Assembly: GCA_038087875.1 (NCBI GenBank)
Contig: CM075994.1
Span: 3,660,001 to 3,724,000 of the forward strand
Source of the DNA: Malacoraja senta
Taxonomy: Eukaryota
Direction: 5' to 3'
DNA: 64,000 bases
Shown piece by piece: positions 50,386 through 62,621 of this stretch; the stretch's first letter is position 1, and every line of letters begins with the position of its first letter. The notes beneath the pieces are model-generated. The model ran no database searches, was not told the DNA's origin, and was given only the letters and a program-made list of their open reading frames with translations. A program made the position numbers and the translations under genes.

Positions 50386-51949
50386 GGGCGGTCACGGTGG
50401 CTCAGCGGTAGAGTTTCTGCCTTAAAGAAAAAGATAATAAACAGAGAATAAGTGGTGGTGACAAGGTTCCTCATGGAAGGTTGGTTAAGAAGATTAAATT
50501 GTTGGGTATTAATGGTGGAGTAGCAAGATGGATTCAACAGTGGCTGAATGGGAGATGCCAGAGTGTAATGGTGGATGGCTGTTTGTCAGGTTGGAGGCCG
50601 GTGACTAGTGGAGTGCCTCAGGGGTCTGTGTTGGGTCCATTGTTGTTTGTCATGTACATCAAAGATCTGGATGATGGTGTGGAAAATTGGATTAGTAAGT
50701 ATGCAGATGATACTAAGATAGGTGGTGTGGTGGATAATGAAGTAGATTTTCAAAGTCTACAGAGAGATTTTGGCCATTTGGAAGAGTGGGCTGAAAGATG
50801 GCAGATGGAGTTTAATGCTGATAAATGTGAGGTACTACATCTCGGCAGGACAAATCAAATTAGGACGTACATGGTAAATGGTAGAGAATTGAGGAATGCA
50901 GTTGAACAGAGGGATCTAGGAATAACTGTACATAGTTCCCTGAAGGTGGAATCTCGTGTAGATAGGGTGGTAAAGAAAGCTTTTGGTGTGCTGGCCTTTA
51001 TAAATCAGAGCATTGAATATAGAAGTTGGGAAGTAATGTTAAAATTGTACAAGGCATTGGTGAGGCCAATTCCGGAGTACGGAGTACAATTTTGGTCGCC
51101 TAATTATAGGAAGGATGTCAACAAATTAGAGAGAGTACAGAGGAGATTTACTAGAATGTTGCCTGGGTTTCAGCAACTAAGTTACAGAGAAAGGTTGAAC
51201 AAGTTAGGTCTTTATTCTTTGGAGCGCAGAAGATTAAGAGGGGACTTGATAGAGGTCTTTAAAATTATGAGCGGGCTAGACAGAGTTGACGTGGATAAGC
51301 TTTTTCCATTGAGAGTAGGGAAGATTCAAACAAGGGGACATGACTTGAGAATTAAGGGACAGAAGTTTAGGGGTAACATTAGGGGGAACTTCTTTACTCA
51401 GAGAATGGTAGCTGTGTGGAATGAGCTTCCAGTGAAAGTGGTGGAGGCAGGTTCGATTGTGTCCTTTAAAAATAGATTGGATGGGTATATAGACGGGAAA
51501 GGAATGGATGGTTATGGTCTGAGTGCAGGTAGATGGAAATAGGGGGAATTATTTATTACAATTTTTTATTTATTTAGTTAAATTAATTATTTTTTTTTAA
51601 TGTTCGGCACGGACTTGAAGGGCCGAGATGGCCTGTTTCCGTGCTGTGATGGTTATATGGTTATATGGTTAAAGCGAACGCAGCGCCGGAGACCCGGGTT
51701 CGTTCCCGACTATGGGTGCTGTCTGTACGGAATTTATACGGCTCCCCGTGACCTGCGTGGGTTTTCTCCGAGATCTTCGGTTTCCTTCCCACTCCAAAGA
51801 CGTACAGTTTTGTAGGTTAATTGGTAAATGTAAAAAATGTCCCTAGTGTGTGTAGGATAGTGTTAATGTGCGGGGATCCCAGCTCGGCGCGGAACCAGTG
51901 GGCCGAGGGGCCTGTTTCCACGCTGTAGCTCTAAACTAAACTAAACTAA
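50386..51949 (+). mobile_element. tRNA-derived SINE (HE1/V-SINE-like) split by a CR1 (pieces 50386-50427 and 51669-51949)
   Basis: A box tggctcagcgg; B box gggttcgttccc; CR1-like 3' end and (ctaaa)n tail. Confidence 0.8.
50428..51668 (+). mobile_element. Young CR1 3' portion with an uninterrupted 353-codon RT C-terminal frame
   Basis: ORF 50481-51542 with GVPQGSVLGP and KYADDTK; (gttatatg)n tail; TTAAAG duplicated at both junctions. Confidence 0.92.
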
Positions 51950-52827
51950 GCTGGGGACTTTGTTCACACGGTGCTATGCCCTCCTGTAGATTTGTACGCA
52001 TGATTGGATACAACCGAAACAGTATATCAGGCAGTTTCTCGGACAGCAGCTCTGTACAATAAGCTGTCCAATAGACAGGGAACACGATGTATACTATTTT
52101 GCATCCTGTCGCATTATTTATTTAAGTTTGTAATTTTGGTAGTGTATTTTTTGCATTAATTCATTGAAGTACAATGGAAACTGATGCAAATACCTCCCAT
52201 GATAAATAGAGGATGAAGCCGAGTAGGCAAAAGCCGATTTAAATGATAATGCTAAAGAAACAAGGATGAATGTATAGACACATTTACTAGTTACATCAGT
52301 GGACAATAGCGTGTTTCTCAGTGAGACCGTAAGCCGTCGTCCAATCAATTTATAATGGATACTCAATAAGCGCTTGAAATTAACTGATGATTTAAATAAT
52401 TTCAAGAAGAAGCAATGGGCCGGATAATGTGTTGAATTACATCCGACGGATAGCTGCAGAGCACGCTTCTGCTTTTCCGACCAAGCTGAAGTACAAAACG
52501 TCTTAGTGGTCAGAAGGTGTCGCAATTATTTGGCATTACTACGGCACAGTAGTGCTGCTGTCTTCCTGCATCAGCGACTTGTCTTCGACCCTTGATATCC
52601 GGTGTTATCGCGCCTTGGAAATTCCACACCTAACCGAAGAGAGAGAGACGTACAGCGACGCTACGTTGTTTTTATTTTTGATATATTTCACGATAGAGCA
52701 TGCGTTAATCTCTGTGACTGAACTTTAAAGTTAATATTCCCTTGTCGGTTTAATTATCTTTAAATGTGATGGGTATTGCTTGAAGTAAAAAAGATCACCA
52801 ACAATGTCACTGTTATGTCCGAAACAG

Positions 52828-52857
52828 AGAAACCGAAAGAAGCGCTCAAAACTTGTG
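52828..52857 (+). CDS. Micro-exon 30 nt (EKPKEALKTC)
   Basis: tgttatgtccgaaacag|...|gtaaga; weak pyrimidine tract. Confidence 0.5.
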
Positions 52858-53255
52858 GTAAGATGTTTGAAGTTCAGGTTCAAAGAATGTGGAAAGATAA
52901 TCTGACCAGACATCTCAGTGAACAAGGTCAACTAGAACTTTGTTCTCTTCCTTAAATTGCTGTATTTTATTTCCTTATCCTCTTCAACGAGGTGAAGTGC
53001 TGATCTGATACCCCAAAATGCAGCTGCGCCTTCCTGACAGTGTCTTACTGATCTGTAAGCATACGGGAAAAGCATAAATTCCATCGATCTGTCGATGAAA
53101 CAACAAATAAGAGGCGATTCATTTTCATCCATTATATTCCAAATCTCATAATGCGCAAATCATGTGTTTGATGGAATTTAGCAAATCAATAATATAGGCG
53201 CATTGCTTTCCCCAAGCGAACTCGAAAATAATCAAAGATATTGTATTTTTAACAG

Positions 53256-53282
53256 AGGATTTGCTGACCAGAAAAGACATGG
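53256..53282 (+). CDS. Micro-exon 27 nt with GC donor (EDLLTRKDM)
   Basis: gtatttttaacag|...|gcaagt. Confidence 0.65.
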
Positions 53283-53936
53283 GCAAGTACAATTACTGCT
53301 GCGAAACATGTACGGCAATATTTTAACAGTGGACATATTCTTTCTAAGTCACCTTTGCAAACTGATATTTTAAAATTGAAAGCGCTGCTGTTAGATGGGA
53401 TATTGTAATGACGACGTTTATACGGATAATGTTTTTTTACGTTTATGCTGTTAAATTCCCAAACAACCAAAAAATACCTCTGGTTATTTATCGGATCGGA
53501 GTATGTGCAAATTAGATGCTTACTCTCCCACTGAAATTCCATTTCAAATTCTAAATTTCTCCTGAAGTACTTGCCTTTGTTATTGATTAATCTCGATCTT
53601 TAACAATATACGAACTCTGTTAGCACGCGGGTCTGTGAAAAGCAATGCATCATTTTATTCTCGGAAAATATATCAAAGGGCAAAACAGCACGGTAATTTT
53701 CATTGGCGAACCTCAGGTACACATCTTGTACCATATTTTAAGCAGCATTCCATAAAATTGTACAAGGCGGGTGCAGAAAAGGGTACTAGAAACGTTGAAT
53801 CGAAGATGTAACATTTCTTCCCTCAGCTTAATTTTTGATATTGATGAATTATTCGCCATTGTTCTTCATATTGGTCACTGTTTTCCTCGGTTAGCTTGCA
53901 TAGTTTTGAATACTGCTTTCGACCTTACCTTTACAG

Positions 53937-53972
53937 AAATTTTCGTTCTGAAAGATAACGTAAAAACACTTG
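53937..53972 (+). CDS. Micro-exon 36 nt (EIFVLKDNVKTL)
   Basis: ccttacctttacag|...|gtgaga. Confidence 0.75.
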
Positions 53973-54014
53973 GTGAGAAAAGTAATGTATCATAGAACAT
54001 ATAATTGTTCATAG

Positions 54015-54440
54015 AACAAATACTCTGGAATTTAGAAGGATGAGAGGAGATCTTAATGAAACATATAAGATTATTCACAGTTTGGAGACGCTAGAGGCAG
54101 TAGACATGTTCCCGATGTTGGGGGAGTCCAGAACCAGGCGCCACAGTTTAAGAATAAGGGGTTGGATTTAGAACGGAGATGAGGAAAAATCTTTTTCACA
54201 CAGAGGGTTGTGAATCTGTGTAATTCGCTGCCTCAGAAGGCAGTGGAGGCCAATTCTTTGGATGCTTTCAAGAGAGAGTTAGATATAGCTCTTAAAGATA
54301 GCGGAGTCAGGTGACATGGCGAGAAGGCAGGAACGGAGTACTGATTGTGTATGGTCAGCCGTGATCATATTGAATGGCAGTGCTGGCTCGAAGGGACTAA
54401 TGGCCTACTCCTACACCTATTGTCTAGTGCCTATTGTCTA
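54015..54440 (+). mobile_element. CR1 3' end
   Basis: ctggaatttagaaggatgag...cctattgtcta tail. Confidence 0.85.
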
Positions 54441-54815
54441 GAAAATACAACAGTACTGCACAAGAACATGCCCTTCGGCACACAATGTCTGTGCCGAACA
54501 TGATGCCACGACATATACTTATCTGCTTGCACATAATCCAAATATCTCCATCCCCTGCATATCCATGTACATATCCAAACGTCCCTCAAATATCACTATT
54601 GTATCTGCCTCAACCACCACCCGGCAGTTTGCTACAGGTGCTCAGCACACATTGTGTGAAATAAATGTGGCCCGCATATCTCCTTTATACTTTATCCTTC
54701 TAACTTTAAATCTATGCCTTCTTGTGTTACAGTTTTTCATCCTGGGAAAAAAAGGTTCTGCATGTCTATCCTATCTGTGCCTCTCATGATTTCTTGAAAT
54801 TCTATGAGGTCTCCC
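54441..54815 (-). mobile_element. Old CR1-like 3' fragment
   Basis: gcccttcggcacacaatgtctgtgccgaacatgatgcc... Confidence 0.5.
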
Positions 54816-55099
54816 TATATCGTTCAGCAGAGAAGAATGGTCTAGCCCTGTATCTGTCACCACCTAATCCACGCATAATCTCCTACAGCACAGCGTCATT
54901 GCATTTTGGAGAGTATATCTAAGTTGACGAATTGTCGACCATTACTTAGTGAGGCCTACAGATTCACTGGGCTAGTTGTTAGGAATATTGGAAATCGCGA
55001 GGTTAGCCACAACATCCATGACACCAATAATGGATCTCTTTCGCGCTAAAAGCATTAATTAAGTTATTTCGGCTTGCCGAATTCCGTATTTTCAGCGGA

Positions 55100-55444
55100 A
55101 TGATTTTTTCCCGATGTTGGGGAAGTCCAGAACTAGGGGGTCACCGTTTAAGGATAAGAGGGAAGTCTTTTAGGACCGAGATGAGAAAATCATTTTTCAC
55201 GCAGAGAGTGGTGAATCTGTGGAATTCTCTGCCACAGAAAGTAGTTGAGGCCAGTTCATTGGCTATATTTAAGAGGGAGTTAGATGTGGCCCTTGTGGCT
55301 AAAGGGATCAGGGGGTATGGAGAGAAGGCAGGGATGGGATACTGAGTTGGATGATCAGCCATGATCATATCGAATGGCGGTGCAGGCTCGAAGGGCCGAA
55401 TGGCCTACTCCTGCACCTATTTTCTATGTTTCTATGTGTCTATG
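55100..55444 (+). mobile_element. CR1 3' end
   Basis: FRTEMRKSFFTQRVVNLWNSLP; (ttctatgt)n tail. Confidence 0.9.
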
Positions 55445-55512
55445 ATATGCAGAAAAATATCCGAACTATTTATGAAACATCCTTCATAAATTTGAGTGTT
55501 TTCTTTTAACAG

Positions 55513-55539
55513 AAGCAAAGTTGGCTGCGATTTCCTCCG
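55513..55539 (+). CDS. Micro-exon 27 nt (EAKLAAISS)
   Basis: ttttcttttaacag|...|gtaaat. Confidence 0.7.
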
Positions 55540-55753
55540 GTAAATTATTTCAAGACCAATTTGTCAATTATTCATTTCTCAATGATACAGCTAGACGTGG
55601 TACAATAATTCGCGGTTTATAAATGATATCTTGCAGGCATGGCAAATAATTCGAACGTTCGGGATTATTTAGTTTAGTTTATTGCAATGTGTGCAGAGGT
55701 ACAGCCAAAAGCTGTGAGAGCCAAAATTTACTGTGAGAGGAACTTACAACAGC

Positions 55754-56420
55754 GTAAGCATGCAGGTACAGCAAGCAGTGAAGAAAGCTAATTGGCCTTC
55801 ATGACAAGAGGATTTGAGTATAGGAGCAAAGCGATCCTTCTGCATTTGTACAGGGCCCTAGTGAGTAGTACTGTGTGCAGTTTTGGTCTCCAAATTTGAG
55901 GAAGTACTTATTTGCTATTGAGGGACTGCAGAGTAGGTTCACGAGGTTAATTCTAGGGATGGCGGGACTACCAAATGTGGATAGAATGGCTGCGGCTGGG
56001 CTTGTATACTCTGGAATATAGAAGAATGAGAGGGGATCTTATTGAATCATATAAGATTATTAAGGGAGTGGACACGCTAGAGGCAGGAAACATGTTCCCG
56101 ATGTTGGGGGAGTCCAGAACCAGGGGCCACAGTTTAAGAATAAGGGGTAGGCCACTTTGAACAGAGATTAGGAAAAACCTTTTCACGCAGAGAGTTGTGA
56201 ATCTTTGGAATTTTCTGCCTCTGAATGCTGTGGAGGCCAATTATCTGGATGCTTTCAACAGAGAGAGCTGGAAACAGCTCTTAAAGATATCGGAGTCCGA
56301 GGATATGGTGAGAGGGCAGGAACGCGGTACTGAATTTGGATTATCTGCCATGATCACAGTGAATGGCGGTGCTGGCTCGAAGGGCCTCTTCCCGCACCTA
56401 TGCTCTATTGTCTATTGTCT
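55754..56420 (+). mobile_element. CR1 3' portion
   Basis: LGLYTLEYRRMRGDLIE; ctattgtctattgtct tail. Confidence 0.88.
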
Positions 56421-56449
56421 AATGGTGTACTTCAGTCATGTTGGTGAGA

Positions 56450-57822
56450 TCCCATCAGGAGTATCATGGAATAACCACATTGATAAGATTTGCAATAAGA
56501 CATAACAAAGAATCTGGTTTCTCCGCCGACTAAGATCATTCGGAGCAAGTAAACACTCCTTTTATTATTTTTTACTGCCGCGATAATGAGCGTGTTGCAG
56601 TATTGTAACACTACTTGGTACAAGAGTCTGTCTACCACTTCTTAATCAAAACTGCTCCAACAAATAAAAATGTGCTCAAAGATTGTAGATTTTTACAAAA
56701 AAATGTATCTGTCATCCTACCTTAAAAACATTCTAAGGATGGCCATTAATATTTCCTTTGACACCAACCACGTTCTGAATAGTGAGTACAATTTGTTACC
56801 ATCAAACCGGAGATATATTGTTCCAAAATGTAATAAGGTTAGAATGGGGAGCTCTTTTGTGCACCAGTCAATCCTTGAACACGGCGCTTAATCCCAGATC
56901 AAACGTACGCTGACGGACCATAAATGTGGTCTTCTGTTATTGTAATGTCTTGTCGAATGTGGGTATTTTGGGATCCTGTCTTGATATCTTGATGCGTGTC
57001 TTTTTTCGCCCCTCTTGTCTTTTTTGTGATGCTGTAAATGGAGCTTATGTGATAGATACATAGATACATAGAAAATAGGTGCAGGAGTAGGCCATTCGGC
57101 CCTTCGAGCCTGCACCGCCATTCAATATGATCATGGCTGATCATCCAACTCAGTATCCCGTACCTGCCTTCTATCCATACCCCCTGATCCCCTTAGCAAC
57201 AAGGGCCACATCTAACTCCCTCTTAAATATAGCCAATTAACTGGCCTCAACCACCCTCTGTGGCAGAGAGTTCCAGAGATTCACCACTCTCTGTGTGAAA
57301 AAGTGTTTCCTCATCTCGGTCTTAAAGGATTTCCCCCTTATCCTTAAGCTGTGACCCCTTGTCCTGGACTTCCCCAACATCGGGAACAATCTTCCTGCAT
57401 CTAGCCTGTCCAACCCCATAAGAATTTTGTACGTTTCTATAAGATCCCCTCTCAATCTCCTAAATTCTAGCGAGTATAAGCCAAGTCTATCCAGTCTTTC
57501 TTCATATGAAACCTTCATTGGTGAACCTTCTCTGCACTCCCTCTATGGCTATAATGTCCTTCCTCAGATTTGGAGACCAAAACTGTACGCAATACTCCAG
57601 GTGTGGTCTCACCAAGACCCTGTACAACTGCAGTAGAACCTCCCTGTTCCTATACTCAAATCCTCTTGCTATGAAAGCCAACATACCATTCGCTTTCTTC
57701 ACTGCCTGCTGCACCTGCATGCCTACTTTCAATGACTGGTGTACCATGACACCCAGGTGATGCAAAACAAATTTCAGACTCGCTCTGACAATAAAGTATT
57801 ATCGTACCGTATCGTATCGTAG
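56450..57822 (+). mobile_element. L2/Rex1-like LINE 3' end split by a CR1
   Basis: SWNNHIDKICNK..QRIWFLRRLRSFG; resumes at 57757 to aataaa plus (tatcg)n. Confidence 0.65.
57054..57756 (-). mobile_element. Nested CR1 3' portion
   Basis: LYRVLVRPHLEYCVQFWSP on the minus strand; GTGAT duplicated at 57049-57053 and 57757-57761. Confidence 0.9.
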
Positions 57823-58104
57823 TACTGTGCACTTCATTGGTTATAGATAGACAAAAAAGCACTGAAATAACTCACCGGTTCCGGCAGCGTTTCTTGACAA
57901 AATGGATAAGTGATGTGTCAGAGCTCGATTCGTCTTCAGACCGATAGTGGGCGGAAAGGAAAAAAAGAAACTGGAAGCGAAAATTGCATTAGTCACGTCA
58001 TGTAAAGATTAACTCTCCAGCCATGATTTCTAAACAGCAATGTAGAAATAACCGGTTATTTCTGGAATGGTTGGGCATGAGTTATCTTTCCGTTAGCGCC
58101 ATCA

Positions 58105-58876
58105 GTGGGTGGCACCGTCAGCAATGGCAGCCTCGCCAACATTCTGTCTGTGATTTCGTGTTTTTTGATATTGTTAGTTTGCTTTAAAAATTCTGTGTTA
58201 ATGTTCTCTGGTTTGTTTTGAGTGGGGGGTGGGAGGAGGTAGGTTCGGGGGAAACATTTTCAAAATTTCTTACCTTGCGGAGATGCGATTGTTTTCCGGA
58301 TCGTATCTCCGATCGTTCTGCGGCCTAACACCATGGAGCTGGCGGCCTTGCTCGAGACTTACTTTGAGCCTTACAGCGGGGCCGTGGACTTACCATCGGA
58401 GCTTGCGATCCCGTGCGTGGGATCGACGATCCAACCGAGGCCTGCGAATTTCAACATCGAGGAGCACACAGTCTCGGGTAGAGGCTGATGTCGGGAAGTT
58501 CCAAAGTCGCAAGAGGTTCGTCGAGCCCCGACCCGGGGTCCGGTCGCCCGGCGCGGGGAGCTGAGATCCACCCGATGCGGGAGCTTGATTGCCCCGATGC
58601 GAAGCACTCGACCGCCGGCTACGGGAGCCAAAATCGTCCCGACAGCGGAAGGTTCGAGGCCCCCCGACCGCGGGAAGACAAAGAAGGGTAGAGATTGAAC
58701 GTCTTTTGTGCCTTTAATCACATTGAGGAATGCGGAGGAGTCACCGTAGTGGATGTTTACGTTAAAATGTATTGTGTGTGTTTTGTTGCTTTTTATTAGT
58801 ATGACTGTATGGCAAATCAAATTCCTCGTATAATGCAAAACATACTTGTTTAATAAAGTATGATTATGATTATGAT
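58105..58876 (+). mobile_element. GC-rich SINE-like retroposon
   Basis: Homologous to 13327-13921; aataaa plus (tatgat)n tail. Confidence 0.7.
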
Positions 58877-59602
58877 CAGCGTTTGAAATGTTTACTGTCA
58901 AGGATAACTGAACTGAATCATTTCGCTAAGTTCCGGGAAGTCGTGACAGACAGCAAGTTGAGAGCATGATATTTTTTGGGAGAATCGAGCTCGAAATGTT
59001 GACAGTTCCAACCGCCACAGATGCACATCGACCCACTGGGAGTTTCTCGCAGATTGTTGGGCTGGATTCGACCATCGGTAGTTTCTTGTGTATTCACTGT
59101 TTTAGATCAAGGAATCGCCAATATCAAGAAGAAGTTGAACGATATTTTTCGCTTGAAGTGACTCTCAACCTCTCCCTCAAAGGACAGTAGAAAGAAATGT
59201 GGGGATCGTTTCAAGGCAGAAACAAATGGATGTATGTGTTGAGGGACAATCCGGAATGGGGTGACAATCGACCATGATCCCATTAACCATGGAAGCTCAT
59301 TGGGGGGCCCAAATTGTATATTCCTGTTGCGTGGTTTGGAATAAATATTCTTTCTGAAAAAAAATCAGTAAGTGTATTAGAATAATCCAATTTTATGTTC
59401 TCAAAACAAAAAACACCAAACATAAAGTGCTTGAGGAACGCAGGAGGTCAGAGTATCAGGATGCTTTATGGCCCCCTGAATTCCTTCGCAGCTTTTTGCT
59501 TTGCTGAAGATCGAGCAACTGCAGTCTAGGGTTTATTTGTGCTTTATTTTAGGTGTGCTGATTAAATAGTGAAATCTATTAATATACTTTTTGTCACCTT
59601 AG

Positions 59603-59629
59603 ACTTTGACAAACACAAGGGCGGCGACG
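59603..59629 (+). CDS. Micro-exon 27 nt (DFDKHKGGD)
   Basis: tttttgtcaccttag|...|gtgagc. Confidence 0.7.
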
Positions 59630-60410
59630 GTGAGCTACACAAACCTACACTGTGGTTTACATAAAAAGTAGTTTTTTTGCCTGAAACAATAAGTTTGTAG
59701 CTCTTAAAAATATATATACATGGACAGACACACAACATTCCACTCCATCATTGATCATCTGTAGCTTTGCAGGCTTTTCCTGACATTACGTTGCCAAAGT
59801 GCCTCTCGGATCTACAGGCAAGTCAGGGCAGAGGTCCAATTGATTCTGGGTATGCAGAGTGAAGGAAATTTAACTTTTAATTGTTTTTAATTCGATCAAG
59901 TCTGCACGTTTAAAGTTTCGAATGAGCTAATAATAGTTGTCACATCTTTTCGTGATTTTCGTGAATTTTAGGTTGAAGTATATTGGAACATTTGCGTCAT
60001 TGAAAAGATTGTTGAATTCTGTGCCTAATTTCACGGAAAACTGCTTTCAGCATCGCTTTCTGCTGGTGCCTATCAGAGTGATTTGGTGCGTGGAGCTCTG
60101 GAGCATGCGGCCGTTGGTCCAGTCATTTTGCGCAATTATCCTTGCCTCTGACGGAGGAGGCCAGTGGAGTGATCATCCATATCTGATCCAGTTGCCTTTA
60201 AGGAGGACACTGGCGGCGAATATCTCCAGCCGCCTGGTCGCTGAGCATCGGATAAACAAGGTTCAATGTTCAAGTTATGAAATCTTCTGAACTTCTTTTT
60301 TGCTGTTCAATTCGACTTTTTATATCTTGAAATGTTGACCGGATTCCTAAGTCATCATGTTGATCCATGAAATAAGCATTTTATTACATTCAGACGTTTA
60401 TATATTGCAG

Positions 60411-60437
60411 AATCTAAGAGAAAAGAGGCGAAAACTG
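60411..60437 (+). CDS. Micro-exon 27 nt (ESKRKEAKT)
   Basis: tttatatattgcag|...|gtaaat. Confidence 0.62.
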
Positions 60438-60998
60438 GTAAATTGCTACGTTCATTTTCATTTGGAGAGTATATCGCAACCTGTTCCACAACCGACGATT
60501 GAAGCAAATGTTGCAATCGTTTTAACGCCAAGGCAAAGGAATACAAAGGGAGACAAGGCGGTTAAACATTATGTCCGGGGAAGAGGTTGACAGTTTTGAC
60601 TAAATCAATATCGGAACGCTTATGATTGACATAATTCACTTAGTAAAACCGGAATTAGTGATCTAGTTTAGACTGAAAATAAATCAGCAAACACTGACAC
60701 TGTGCATACCTATCAATTGTTCACCGGTTCCCATAAATTAAAACCCAAACTTAGTGCAACGATATCATGGAGAAGATAGGTTGCATTTTATGTTGTTATT
60801 TCTTAATACGGGGCAGTTATCTTGCAATGTTTTGGATTATTTTAGACAGAATGGTAAGGCTTAAACATATTTAGCGTTTCTGTCAGACAAAATAAAATAA
60901 GTTCAACTGTACGTAACTTACTCCTTTTCTACTGCTGTTAACAGGCTTATCGCTGCATCCAAAGTAACCTGAAAGTTTCGTTGTTATATCTGTTCCAG

Positions 60999-61034
60999 AA
61001 CTGGAGATATTAGAATCAATTCTCAAAGATGTCG
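60999..61034 (+). CDS. Micro-exon 36 nt (ELEILESILKDV)
   Basis: ttatatctgttccag|...|gtgagg. Confidence 0.75.
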
Positions 61035-62019
61035 GTGAGGTCTATGGCTATGGGTCGGCTTTACTTATTTGTTTATGTTCATGCATAAAATAATACGATG
61101 TGTATATCAATTTCATTTCATATGGCTAGAACATTAAAACAGTTAGTTACATTAAACGTTAGTGAATATTTAGTAACACAAGGTAAGCAGAACCTATTCA
61201 TTGTGCATACTGAATACATTTATTTGGTGCGACATTCTATTATCTAATTATATTTGGTTTGATGACTATGCTTAATATTAACTTAAGTGTCTCCATTTTT
61301 AAATTTCACGGTACTACATTGAGAAATGTTTTAGGTCATTGAAAAACAAAGCTATTATCGAAAATGCTCCTTACTCATTATATGTAGAACCAGCAAGTAA
61401 GTAAAGAACATCGTTATTTCAGTGAATCCGCAAAATCAACACTTAAGTTCGCCCTTTTAGTCCAAGTTAATCAGGAAGAATTACTGTGCGTGGTAACCGC
61501 AAATCGAACCGGCAGCAATTTACTTTACCCCATAATTATCGTCTGACCTATTGAATTCCTCCAGCAGCTTGCTGTTCTTGTCTCATTTAATGAACAGTTG
61601 AAAGAGATCTTCAGTAGAATTACCTCAGCGCATTTTTCTTTGGTATCGGAGTCCCACCTGAACCTAGATCAGAGTACCCCATGCCTTAATACTTTACATA
61701 AGGTTCTCGATTCGGTCGTAATTTTTACGGTAAACCACTGGAAGAATCGATAGGTAGTATCGAAGACCGGAAGCCTCGCCTAACAATTTTCTCCAATACC
61801 ACGTGTCTTCGTTTGAATAAAACAGGGGCATTCAACCTATCTCAACTTTGATGTCCATTGTTCTTTTCGTTCTGTTACAATTTCTATAAAATTTCTTGGC
61901 ACCTTACCAATTACTACTTGTATAAAAAAGCAATTTGACTAAATTTCAAAAACATTTCACTGCAGAGGGCTTTCGTCAAATCTTATTTCTGATATTTGTT
62001 ATTGCACATCTTTCCGCAG

Positions 62020-62046
62020 AGGAGCTTCTACGTTTGAAAAATGAAG
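62020..62046 (+). CDS. Micro-exon 27 nt (EELLRLKNE)
   Basis: cacatctttccgcag|...|gtgaaa. Confidence 0.72.
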
Positions 62047-62621
62047 GTGAAAAAAAAACAACAAATAATGCAATAGTTTAGTCTAGTTTATTATTGTCAC
62101 ATGTTGCTAGGCATAGCGAAAAACTTTTGTTTGCCTGCTATCCAGTCAAATGAAATGACTATACGTGATTACTAACAACCCGTCCACAGTGCACAGATGA
62201 AGGAGAAGGGGTACACCATTTAGTGCAATATAAAATCCGATAAGTCGTAACGGAAGGACGGTCAGTTGATTCCCTCAGTCAAAATCAATATGGAACGCTG
62301 ACGAAAAAAGAATGGAACCACTATGAATCTGCCTTCTCGAACATTTTCCTGGTACTTTATCGCGCCTTCATAATATACAACATCCTCCGACTGATAAAAT
62401 TCAGGATATTTCAGAGATGTCCTAAACTATTGCAAGTTAATGCAACGAAAGCATAAAGATAAGCGAATTATTTGAGAGTCTTGAATGTTGATGGTGAACA
62501 ATGACTCAGCATGTAGTGCTGCAGCGTCACGTCTTGGGATCGATTCTAACCTTCGCTACCTATTGTGTTTTCACGTGCTAATCCCCACTTGCTTTGGTTT
62601 CGTTATACATCCTAAGGAAGA

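Noticed and set aside
50386..50427. tRNA gene
   Set aside because: The A/B boxes belong to a SINE head split by a CR1; there is no cloverleaf.
61174..61396. Two 9-nt candidates (61174-61182 and 61388-61396)
   Set aside because: Too short to distinguish from chance.
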